DNA of 64,000 nucleotides, from NCBI GenBank assembly GCA_035300445.1, contig DATGVL010000048.1, positions 13,361 to 77,360 on the forward strand. Direction: 5' to 3'. The DNA comes from Steroidobacteraceae bacterium (GTDB lineage Bacteria; Pseudomonadota; Gammaproteobacteria; Steroidobacterales; Steroidobacteraceae). The notes beneath the pieces were generated by a model. It saw nothing but the letters and a program-made list of their open reading frames with translations. It made no database searches and was not told where the DNA came from. Shown here in pieces: positions 9,587 to 18,080 of this stretch; position 1 is the first letter of the stretch, and each line of letters starts with the position of its first letter. The translations under genes and the position numbers were made by a program.

Positions 9587-11026
9587 TCAGATTCGAATCG
9601 TGAGCGCCGCGGCAGCCGCGCTGGCGAAGGCGAGCGCCGCCGCAGTCGACATCACCAGCCGCGCCGTCGCAACCGCCGAATCGGCGACCAGAGTGCCGAG
9701 CACCGCAATCACCAGCAGGCTGGCCACCGCGGCCACTACGTTGTTGATGCCGGAAGCGACGCCCGTTTCCTGCTCCTTTACGGAGTTGATGACGGTCGTC
9801 GTGAGCGGCGCCACGGTGATGGCCATTCCGAAGCCCAACAGGATCATTGGCCCGAGGTAGACCCAGTAGCGCTGCTCGGCGCTGACGAGGGCGAGCAGCG
9901 CGAAGCCGACGGCTGCGATGAGCGGCCCGATGATGAGCGGCCGCCGTGCACCAAAGCGGTCGACCAGTCCTCCGGACCAGCGCGACAGCACTGCCAGAAC
10001 GAGCGTGAACGGCAAATAGACGGCGCCGGCCGCGGTCGCTGAAAACCCATGCGCCTGGATCAGAAGAAACGGCAGGAAAAAGAACGCGCCACCGAGTGCG
10101 CCGTACAGAAATAGTGTGAGTAGGTTGACGCCGCTGAAGCTGCGCGAATCAAACAGTCTGAGCGGCATCATCGGCGCACGGCTGCGGCGCTCTTCCAGCA
10201 CCAGCCACAACAATAGCAGCGCACCTGCCGTCAGCGATCCGACAACAGTCGCATCCCGCCAGCCGAGAGTGGCAGCGGCGATCAGTCCGTATACCAGACT
10301 GCCCAGCCCGCCGAACGCCAACACGGCGCCGCGCCAATCCAGGCCGGCGTGCGCAGCAGGGTCGCCGCTTTCCGGCAGATGGCGCACCGCAATCCACAAA
10401 GTTGGAATGGCGATCAGCGGATTAATCAGAAATATTGCGCGCCAGGAAAGATGATCGATGAGCCAGCCCCCGAGCAGTGGGCCGGCACCGGCGGCGAGCG
10501 CAGAGGCGCCCGACCAGATTCCGATCGCCGCACCGCGTTCCTGCTCGTCGAACGCTGCGCCGATGATCGCCAACGAGCAGGGGATGAGCAGCGCCGCCGC
10601 TACGCCCTGGATGGCGCGCGCGGCGATCAGCGCTGCAATGTCCGGCGCGAAACCGCAGGCGATCGAGGCCAGCGTGAAGCTGACAATGCCGATCAGAAAG
10701 ATCACGCGGCGCCCGAAGCGGTCCGCGGCGGCGCCGCCAATCAGCAGCAGAGCGGACATGCACAGCGTGTAGGCATTGATGACCCATTGCATCGCCGCAA
10801 GGGTGGTATGGAGATCGGCCTCGATCGTCGGCAGCGCAACGTTGACGACGGACTCGTCGACGAACGCCATGGTCGATCCCAACACCGCCGCGGCCAGCAC
10901 CCAGGTCTTGTCCCGCTTGGGGCAGGCGGAGGTGCCGCGGGTGGAGCGAATGACTTCCGCGGCGCAGGGCTGGGCCTTCGAATTGATCACGGGTTGCCGC
11001 TCTATCCGGGCATGCCGGGGAGCCAT
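9587..11026 (-). CDS. MFS transporter, DHA2 (EmrB/QacA-like, 14-TMS) family
   Basis: MAFVDESVVNVALPTIEADLH...GGAAADRFGRRVIF motifs and multiple hydrophobic segments. The start is uncertain: ATG at 11026 was chosen, while the ORF extends to 11110. Confidence 0.8.
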   Translation of the reverse strand: MAPRHARIERQPVINSKAQPCAAEVIRSTRGTSACPKRDKTWVLAAAVLGSTMAFVDESVVNVALPTIEADLHTTLAAMQWVINAYTLCMSALLLIGGAAADRFGRRVIFLIGIVSFTLASIACGFAPDIAALIAARAIQGVAAALLIPCSLAIIGAAFDEQERGAAIGIWSGASALAAGAGPLLGGWLIDHLSWRAIFLINPLIAIPTLWIAVRHLPESGDPAAHAGLDWRGAVLAFGGLGSLVYGLIAAATLGWRDATVVGSLTAGALLLLWLVLEERRSRAPMMPLRLFDSRSFSGVNLLTLFLYGALGGAFFFLPFLLIQAHGFSATAAGAVYLPFTLVLAVLSRWSGGLVDRFGARRPLIIGPLIAAVGFALLALVSAEQRYWVYLGPMILLGFGMAITVAPLTTTVINSVKEQETGVASGINNVVAAVASLLVIAVLGTLVADSAVATARLVMSTAAALAFASAAAAALTIRI

Positions 11027-11115
11027 GGTACACCGGCCGCGCGCCGCGATGGCGAGCGCTTCTCTGTAGGCTCGGCCGGTGCCATAGTTCCGCACCAGAC
11101 GCCGGAGCAAAGCTC

Positions 11116-12861
11116 ATGATCATCCGTAGCGCGATCGCGTGGCTGTCATCGTTCGCGTGCTCGGCCGCGTTGGCGCAGCCCCCGACTGCCGGCGCTGGGG
11201 CGGGACCCTACGATTTGCTCATCAGCGGCGGGACCGTCTATGACGGCTCGGGAGGCGCCCCCTTCGTCGGCGATGTGGCCGTCAAGGGCGATCGCCTGGC
11301 TTACGTCGGACCGCACGCGCCCGCAGCGGCGCGCGAACGGATTGATGCGCACGGCAAGGCGGTGGCGCCGGGCTTCATCAACATGCTGGCGCATCCGGAG
11401 GAGTCGCTGCTCGCGGACGGGCGTGCGCTGAGTGACCTGCGCCAGGGGGTGACCCTCGAAGTGCTGGGCGAAGACTCGATGGGGCCGCTGACCGCGGCAA
11501 TGAAACGCCTGGCAACCGGGCGGCAGGCGGACATTCGCTACACCATCGACTGGACGACGCTCGGGGAGTATCTGCGCAGGCTCGAGCGGCGTGGCATCGC
11601 ACCGAACGTCGCCTCCTTCGTCGGGGCCGGCACGGTGCGCACCAACGTACTCGGCGAGCGTGACGTGCAGCCGACGCCGGCGCAGCTGGCGCAGATGCGC
11701 GCGCTGGTGCGTCAGGCCATGGAGGAGGGGGCGCTCGGCGTGACCACCGCGCTCATCTACAGCCCCAATGACTATGCCAAAACGCCCGAGCTGATGGCGC
11801 TGGCGAGCGAGTCCGCCCGCTGCGGTGGCATCTACAGCGTACACATGCGCAGTGAAGGGGATCGGCTGATCGAGGCGGTGCAGGAGACGATTGACATCGC
11901 CAGGACTTCCGGAGCACCGGCGGAGATCTATCACCTGAAGGTCGCCGGCAAACGCAACTGGAACAAGCTGGATGCGCTCATCCACGAGGTGGAGGCGGCG
12001 CGCGCAGCGGGGACCCGCATCACCGCGGACATGTACGTGTATACGGCGGGCGCGACGGGTTTCGATGCCGCCATGCCTCCCTGGGTGCAGGACGGAGGCC
12101 TGGAAGCATGGATCACACGGCTCAAGGACCCGGCGATTCGTACCCGCGTGTTGGCCGAGATGCGCGATCCGGCGCCCGCCTGGGAGAACCTCTATGGGGC
12201 GGCCGGCGCGGCCGGCACGCTGCTGCTCGGCTTCAAGAACCCGGCGCTCAAGCCCCTCACGGGCAAGACGCTGGCGGAAGTGGCGCAGCAGCGCGGCGTG
12301 AGCCCCGAAGGCGCCGTGATCGACCTGGTGGTGCAGGACGGTTCGCGCGTCGCGGTAGCCTATTTCCTCATGTCGGAAGAGAACGTGCGCCGCGAGGTCG
12401 CGCTGCCGTGGGTGAGTTTCGATTCGGATGCCGACGCCCCGGCGCCCGAAGGGGTTTTCCTGAAATCCAGTCGGCACCCGCGCACCTACGGCAACTTCGC
12501 CCGGGTGCTCGCGAAGTATGTGCGCGAGGAGCGGGTGCTCACGCTCCAGGAAGCGATTCGCAAGCTCGCGGCGCTGCCGGCGACGACGCTGTCGCTCACG
12601 GATCGCGGCATGCTGAAGGCGGGCGACTTCGCCGACATCGTGGTGTTTGATCCGCAGACCATTCAGGATCACTCGACCTACGAGCGTCCGCAGCAACTGG
12701 CGACCGGTGTGGATGATGTGTGGGTGAACGGGGTGCGGGCCCTGCGCCATGGCGAGGCCACCGGCGCCGCCAGCGGTCGGGCGGTGCGCGGACGCGCCTG
12801 GACAGGCGCGGCTGGCGGCGGCTGTCGCGCCGGCGCGCGCGAGTGGACCTGGAGCCAGTGA
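11116..12861 (+). CDS. Secreted N-acyl-D-amino-acid deacylase (D-aminoacylase, amidohydrolase superfamily)
   Basis: Signal peptide MIIRSAIAWLSSFACSAALAQP. YDLLISGGTVYDGSG...VAVKGDRLAYVG, FINMLAHPE and VHMRSEG resemble the D-aminoacylase family. Confidence 0.8.
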   Translation: MIIRSAIAWLSSFACSAALAQPPTAGAGAGPYDLLISGGTVYDGSGGAPFVGDVAVKGDRLAYVGPHAPAAARERIDAHGKAVAPGFINMLAHPEESLLADGRALSDLRQGVTLEVLGEDSMGPLTAAMKRLATGRQADIRYTIDWTTLGEYLRRLERRGIAPNVASFVGAGTVRTNVLGERDVQPTPAQLAQMRALVRQAMEEGALGVTTALIYSPNDYAKTPELMALASESARCGGIYSVHMRSEGDRLIEAVQETIDIARTSGAPAEIYHLKVAGKRNWNKLDALIHEVEAARAAGTRITADMYVYTAGATGFDAAMPPWVQDGGLEAWITRLKDPAIRTRVLAEMRDPAPAWENLYGAAGAAGTLLLGFKNPALKPLTGKTLAEVAQQRGVSPEGAVIDLVVQDGSRVAVAYFLMSEENVRREVALPWVSFDSDADAPAPEGVFLKSSRHPRTYGNFARVLAKYVREERVLTLQEAIRKLAALPATTLSLTDRGMLKAGDFADIVVFDPQTIQDHSTYERPQQLATGVDDVWVNGVRALRHGEATGAASGRAVRGRAWTGAAGGGCRAGAREWTWSQ

Positions 12862-12890
12862 AGGTTTCGCCGCTCCAGCCGCCGCGCCCG

Positions 12891-14180
12891 ATGATCGACA
12901 CCGGGCGCGGACCGGCGGCCGCTGCGCCGCGCGACCGCTGGTACGTGCTGGCGGTCCTGACAGTGGTGTACGCGCTCAATATCGCGGACCGCTTCTCGAT
13001 CTCCACGCTCCTCGAACCCATCCGGCAGGAGTTCCGGCTCACCGACACCGGCATCGGCCTGCTCACCGGCTGGGCGCTGGCCATGTTCTACGTGACGGTC
13101 GGAATCCCGGTCGCCGCGCTCGCCGATCGCGCCAACCGCCGCAACATTCTCGCACTCGCACTCGCCGTCTGGTCCGGGATGACGGCCGTGTGCGGTCTCG
13201 CTCAGAACTACTGGCAGCTGCTGCTGGCGCGCTTCGGAGTCGGCATAGGCGAGGCCGGCGGCACACCGCCCTCCACCTCGATGCTCGCTGACAAGTTTCC
13301 CCCGGCGAGCCGTCCCATGGCCAACACCATCTACGCGCTCGGTACCTGCCTGGGGGCGGCGCTCGGCTCGCTGGTGGCCGGGGCGGTCGCCGAGCGCAGC
13401 GGCTGGCGGGCGGCGTTTCTGGTGCTTGGGATTCCGGGGCTGCTGGTCGCGCTGCTGGTGTGGTCGACGGTGCGTGAGCCGCGCCGCGGCCAGCTCGATT
13501 CCAGCGCCGCTGGAGGGCAGCCCGTTGCGCTGCTGACGACGCTGCGTTTCATCGCCCGGCAGCGCTCGGCAGTTCACCTGATCCTGGGAGGCTCGGTGGC
13601 GACCTTGTGGAGCTGGGGGCTCATGTGGTGGACGCCCGCGTTCCTGCAACGCTCGCATCACATGACGGTGGGGCAGGCCGGCCAGCTCCTCGGGCCCATG
13701 CACTTGATCGCGGGCACGGCGGGTACCTTGCTCGCCGCGTGGCTCGTGGGCCGGCGCTCGGCGGCGGATCCGCGCTACGTGACACGCCTGCTCGGCTGGG
13801 TCACGGCACTGACCACCGTTCCCTCCATCATTCTCTATTGGGTGCTGTCGGACAGGGCGGCGACCGCGTTGCTGTGGATCTTCGTGCCGTCGGTGTACTT
13901 CTATATCGGGCCGATACTGGGACTGCTGCAGAACGTGATGCCGGCCAACATGCGCGCCACCGCCTGCGCGATTCTGCTGTTCACCGCCAACGCAGCGAAT
14001 CTCATTCTGGCGCCGGGTATCATCGGCTGGCTGAGCGACTGGTTTGCGGCCTCGTTCGGCGCCGGATCGGAGTCGTTGCGCTGGGCGCTGCTGCTGCTCG
14101 CGCCTACCGGCTTCTGGGCCGCGTGGCACCTGTGGACCAGCGGCGCCACCATCCGCGAGGACGAGGCGCGCGCAAGCTGA
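12891..14180 (+). CDS. MFS transporter (spinster-like subgroup)
   Basis: YVLAVLTVVYALNIADRFSISTLLEPIRQEF, ALADRANRRNILA and LARFGVGIGEAGGTP motifs. ATG at 12891 was chosen; the GTG at 12858 overlapping the upstream stop is an alternative start. Confidence 0.8.
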   Translation: MIDTGRGPAAAAPRDRWYVLAVLTVVYALNIADRFSISTLLEPIRQEFRLTDTGIGLLTGWALAMFYVTVGIPVAALADRANRRNILALALAVWSGMTAVCGLAQNYWQLLLARFGVGIGEAGGTPPSTSMLADKFPPASRPMANTIYALGTCLGAALGSLVAGAVAERSGWRAAFLVLGIPGLLVALLVWSTVREPRRGQLDSSAAGGQPVALLTTLRFIARQRSAVHLILGGSVATLWSWGLMWWTPAFLQRSHHMTVGQAGQLLGPMHLIAGTAGTLLAAWLVGRRSAADPRYVTRLLGWVTALTTVPSIILYWVLSDRAATALLWIFVPSVYFYIGPILGLLQNVMPANMRATACAILLFTANAANLILAPGIIGWLSDWFAASFGAGSESLRWALLLLAPTGFWAAWHLWTSGATIREDEARAS

Positions 14181-14224
14181 GCGCGGGGCCCGTTGAGCAC
14201 GCGACCAATGAGTGCGGCTGCCGA

Positions 14225-14620
14225 TCAGCCGCCGCAGCCGACTGTCACGCACGGAGCAATGTGCGGCTGGTTCAGGGTGTCCCTGTAGTGCTGCACGGCG
14301 GCGCCCTGGTCCCTGATCTGGCTTTCAGTCTTGCAGACCGTGCTCAAGAACGCCGTGCCGGTCACCGACTGTGAGCGGCAATACAGCAGCTGATCTCCGC
14401 GCTTCACGACCCGGTACCCTTGGCTGACCAGGCTCGCATTGACCAAAGCGGGCGCGCGGCGCGTCGCTGCAGCTCCCTCGTCCGTCGTTGCCGTGCTCCC
14501 TGCACGCGCGATCGGCGCCGCAGATGCTGCCGGACCTCTCATCGGCACACCGGAGCACGACACGCCGAGTACCGCACAGAGCAGCACACCCGCCAATCTG
14601 TTGTTACGCTGCATTTGCAC
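14225..14620 (-). CDS. Small lipoprotein, unknown function
   Basis: Lipobox in MQMQRNNRLAGVLLCAVLGVSCSG. The mature part contains four further Cys residues (LYCRS, STVCKT, CVTVGC). Confidence 0.6.
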   Translation of the reverse strand: MQMQRNNRLAGVLLCAVLGVSCSGVPMRGPAASAAPIARAGSTATTDEGAAATRRAPALVNASLVSQGYRVVKRGDQLLYCRSQSVTGTAFLSTVCKTESQIRDQGAAVQHYRDTLNQPHIAPCVTVGCGG

Positions 14621-14796
14621 AGACCCGTCCTGGCCACGTCACGCGTGTCATGGTGGCATCATCCATCACAACGCCATGCCATGCGCGCGACAGCCTGCGA
14701 TTGGCCGCCGGCACCGGCGCCGCTTGCGCCGTGGCGAGTCCCGCTCGCGCCAGTCCGCTGACCTTCTGGGACCCTTCCCTCCTAGACTCCTCAGGC

Positions 14797-15981
14797 ATGG
14801 AGTTCCTTCAGCGTGAGGGAGGCGGCGGCGCACCGCTGACCCTTTCCGAGCCCGGCCCGTGGGGCGTGATCTGGGGCGTGGGGGGGCTGTGCTGGCTGGT
14901 CGTCACGGGCACGGCGCTGCTGTGGATGCTGCCGACGAGCGGCACGACCATGAATGGAATGTACATCATCACCAGCCGCGCCCGTAGCGTGCAACACCTG
15001 CTGGTGTTCGTCGCGGCCGCGTTCGTTTATCGTCTCGCGATCGCGCTGGGGTGGCCCGGGACGGTGTGGGCCCGCGCGCGGGTCGCAGTGGCCAACACAC
15101 TGCTTGCACTGGGCGTCGTGGCATGGGCACCGCTGGCGACGGCGCTGGCGGCCGGTTACGTCGACGGGCACACACGCGACATGTACGACACACTCGATGC
15201 CTGGTTGCCGCCGCCGCTACATGCGGAGTCCTGGGCAACGCCGTTGCGATTCTTCTTGCCGCCTTACGTATTGGGGCTGTGTGCGATCGCGCTCGTGCTG
15301 ATGGCCCGCCGCCACCACCGCGAAGTGGTGCGCGCGGCGGATCTGGCGAGCGCCTATGCCGCGGCACGCATGGCCATGCTGTCGGCCCAGCTGCAACCGC
15401 ACTTTTTGTTCAACTCGCTGCATGCGATCAGCGTGCTGATCGAGGACAGTCCGCGGCAGGCGATGACCATGCTCGCCCGGCTCAGCGATTTTCTGCGCCA
15501 CGCGCTCGAGAGCAGCCACTGGCCCTGGGTCGACGTGGCCACCGAGCTCAGTGGCCTCGAGGCGTACCTCGCCGTGCAGCAGACGCGCTTTTCCGATCGC
15601 CTGAGCATCTCCATCGACGCGAGTCCCGAATCCCTCGGCGTGTACGTGCCATCACTGTTGCTGCAGCCGCTCGCCGAGAACGCGATCGAGCATGGACGCA
15701 AGCAAGGCGGGGCCACCTTGCACGTGCGGGTGGCAGTCTCGGTGGTCGCAGAGCGCCTGTGCATTGTAGTGAACAACAGCAGCCCGCAGCTGCAGTCCGA
15801 TCTCTCGGCGGCCGACTATGGACATGGTCTGTCGAACGTGGATCTGCGATTGCGTGCGGCCTACGGCAACGACGCGCGCCTCACTGTCGGGCCCGACCAC
15901 CAGGGCGGTACCAGCGCCTTCCTTGACCTGCCGCCGCGCAGCTTCGCCGGCCCGCGTTTGCCGGAAACGGCTCGATCATGA
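14797..15981 (+). CDS. LytS/YehU-type sensor histidine kinase
   Basis: Several N-terminal TM segments followed by the His_kinase signature LQPHFLFNSLHAISVLIE and an ATPase part (LLLQPLAENAIEHG). ATG at 14797 lies inside the longer ORF that starts at 14488. Confidence 0.85.
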   Translation: MEFLQREGGGGAPLTLSEPGPWGVIWGVGGLCWLVVTGTALLWMLPTSGTTMNGMYIITSRARSVQHLLVFVAAAFVYRLAIALGWPGTVWARARVAVANTLLALGVVAWAPLATALAAGYVDGHTRDMYDTLDAWLPPPLHAESWATPLRFFLPPYVLGLCAIALVLMARRHHREVVRAADLASAYAAARMAMLSAQLQPHFLFNSLHAISVLIEDSPRQAMTMLARLSDFLRHALESSHWPWVDVATELSGLEAYLAVQQTRFSDRLSISIDASPESLGVYVPSLLLQPLAENAIEHGRKQGGATLHVRVAVSVVAERLCIVVNNSSPQLQSDLSAADYGHGLSNVDLRLRAAYGNDARLTVGPDHQGGTSAFLDLPPRSFAGPRLPETARS

Positions 15982-16733
15982 GCGGCGCCATCCCGACCGT
16001 AGTGGTGGACGATGAACCTCTGGCGCGCAAGCGCGTGGTGCGTCTGCTGCGCGCAGACCCCGGCATCAACATCGTGGGCTCATTCAGCTCCGCGACCGAG
16101 GCCGCCGCTCAGGCGCGCGAGCTTGCGCCGCAACTGATGCTGCTCGACATCCGCATGCCGGAGCTGGATGGCTTCGAATTGGTGGCGACGCTCGCCGAGC
16201 AGGGCCTGAACCCCTACGTCATCTTCGTGACCGCCTACTCGGATCGCTCGATGGATGCATTCGCGGTCGGTGCGGTCGACTATCTGCTGAAGCCGTTCGA
16301 CGACGGGCGCTTTGCCCGCGCGGTGGCACGCGCCAAGTCGCTGATTGCTTCGACCAAAGCTCCCGGCGCCGCACCCGCCGCGCCGCCGCCGTCCCTGGTC
16401 GCCGGCCGCACGCGCCTGCTGCTCTCTGAGCGCGGCAAGGTCGTGGTACTGGCGATGCGTGACATCGAGTTCGTCCAGGCGGCGGCCAAACACGTGAAAA
16501 TCTACGCCGGCGGACGTTGCTTTTCGTTCCGTCAGTCTCTTGGGCAGCTCGAGAGCCGCCTCGATCCGGCGTCGTTCGTGCGGGTGCACCGCTCGACGCT
16601 CGTCAACGTCGAGCATATCGCCGAAATGCACCCGCTGTTTCACGGCGATTACGAGTTGATACTGAAGCGCGGCACGCGCCTGACGCTCAGCCGCCGCTAC
16701 CGGGATCGCATGGCGCCGTTTCTTCTGCAGTAG
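15978..16733 (+). CDS. LytTR-family response regulator
   Basis: Receiver domain (VVVDDEPLARKRV, LLDIRMPELDG, DYLLKPF) plus a C-terminal LytTR domain (FVRVHRSTLVNVEHI). ATGA overlap with the kinase gene. Confidence 0.9.
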   Translation: MSGAIPTVVVDDEPLARKRVVRLLRADPGINIVGSFSSATEAAAQARELAPQLMLLDIRMPELDGFELVATLAEQGLNPYVIFVTAYSDRSMDAFAVGAVDYLLKPFDDGRFARAVARAKSLIASTKAPGAAPAAPPPSLVAGRTRLLLSERGKVVVLAMRDIEFVQAAAKHVKIYAGGRCFSFRQSLGQLESRLDPASFVRVHRSTLVNVEHIAEMHPLFHGDYELILKRGTRLTLSRRYRDRMAPFLLQ

Positions 16734-16736
16734 CGC

Positions 16737-17747
16737 TCAGTGCGGCAGCCGCAGCTCGACGGTGCGGCTGCGGACGCTGCCGAGCCGCACGTGTCCGCGC
16801 CAGTGCGGCCCGCGCCAGTAGATCGTGTTGCGGCGCCGGACGATGTGACCACGTACGTGATGGAACCGCGGTCCGCGGCGGGCTACGCCGGGGCCCTGCG
16901 TGTGGCGCAGCGCTGCGCTCGCGAACACCGGGGAAGACACCTCGATATGCTCGAGCAGTGGGCGCCTGCCGAGCCGCGCGCGCTTGGCGTTCAGGCGCAC
17001 CGGACTGACGGGCGTATGCACCAGGTCGGCGCGCACGGCCATCAGCAGAAACAGCGCCAGCAGCATCGGGATGTCGCCGGCGACCGCCGCCAGCGAGCGG
17101 TGGATCACCTGCTGGCGTGTCGCCGCCGTGCACGCCACCTCCCGGTAGTAGCGTTGCCAGGAGGGGTCGAGCCGGAACCCGGCGCATTGCAGCAGCTCGT
17201 CCACCTGTGGGTTCAGGGGCTCACGGACCGCGACCGTCGGCCCATCGAGCAGCGCTTCGCTGGGAACCGCCACGATGCCTCCATCCAGATCGATGATGGT
17301 TTCGACGGCTGCCAGCAGCGGCTCCTGCGGCTCGGCACGTGTCAGCCAGAAGGTACGCAGACTCCCTGCGCGGCCACGCGGATGCGCGGAGATGAGCGCT
17401 CCGGCACGCAGGATGTCGGCAGCGGCCACCGGCGTACACTCCGGCAACACGCGCGCCAACTCATCGCGCCGCGCCGCTTCGTCCCACTCGATCCACATCT
17501 GCTCCGCGGGGATGTGCAGCAGATCGAGGCAGCCTGACAGCTCGTCGCCGTCGGAATAGGCGAGCGCGGTGCAGGTGCGCACCAAGTCGTCGGCGAGCAC
17601 GTAACGCAGCGGACACCGCACCAGGGATGGCGCGAAATCGGCAGCGCCGCTGAGGCGCCAGATGTCGCCGCGATCCTGGCGGACCAGGAAGGGGGCGGTG
17701 CACTGCGCGATATGATCCAACAGTCGCAAGACGCACACCTCCGGCAT
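16737..17747 (-). CDS. Uncharacterised protein with a His/Arg-rich C-terminus
   Basis: ORF with normal amino-acid composition from ATG at 17747 (MPEVCVLRLLDHIAQ...). The 135 codons upstream in the track ORF are Arg-rich junk. One hydrophobic segment (IPMLLALFLLMAV). C-terminus is RFHHVRGHIVRRRNTIYWRGPHWRGHVRLG. I recognise no family. Confidence 0.55.
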   Translation of the reverse strand: MPEVCVLRLLDHIAQCTAPFLVRQDRGDIWRLSGAADFAPSLVRCPLRYVLADDLVRTCTALAYSDGDELSGCLDLLHIPAEQMWIEWDEAARRDELARVLPECTPVAAADILRAGALISAHPRGRAGSLRTFWLTRAEPQEPLLAAVETIIDLDGGIVAVPSEALLDGPTVAVREPLNPQVDELLQCAGFRLDPSWQRYYREVACTAATRQQVIHRSLAAVAGDIPMLLALFLLMAVRADLVHTPVSPVRLNAKRARLGRRPLLEHIEVSSPVFASAALRHTQGPGVARRGPRFHHVRGHIVRRRNTIYWRGPHWRGHVRLGSVRSRTVELRLPH

Positions 17748-18080
17748 CTGCGCGACTTCAGCGTAGAAAACTGGGCGCAGCGGGCGCAAGCGTCGTGGCG
17801 CCAGCGGCTGCCCCCCACGGCCCGAGCGGCGCAGGCGCTGCACGAACGGAACTCGTGCGCCGGCTCCCGGGCGCGAGCGGCACGCGTTGTAAAGAACCCA
17901 CGCCCGCCGCCGCCGCGCGCGCCGCACGCTGTCTGTGCGGCTGCCACTCCGCTCACGCCGTGAGGCGCTCCGCTCGCGCCTGTTGGGTTGCGGGCACGAC
18001 CTGACTGTCGCTACGGTTCCGGCGCGCAGCCACAGGCCCGGCGCCGTGCTGAAACGAATCAAACGAGGGAGATCATTCCA

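Noticed and set aside
17960-18080. Possible cobalamin (or other) riboswitch in the leader of the TonB-dependent receptor, prompted by a B12-box-like AGCCACAGGCCCGGC.
   Set aside because: The rest of the conserved cobalamin riboswitch core (for example the GGTGAAAATCC-type element and paired regions) is not visible. The similarity is a single short GC-rich string. A covariance-model scan (Rfam/Infernal) would settle it.
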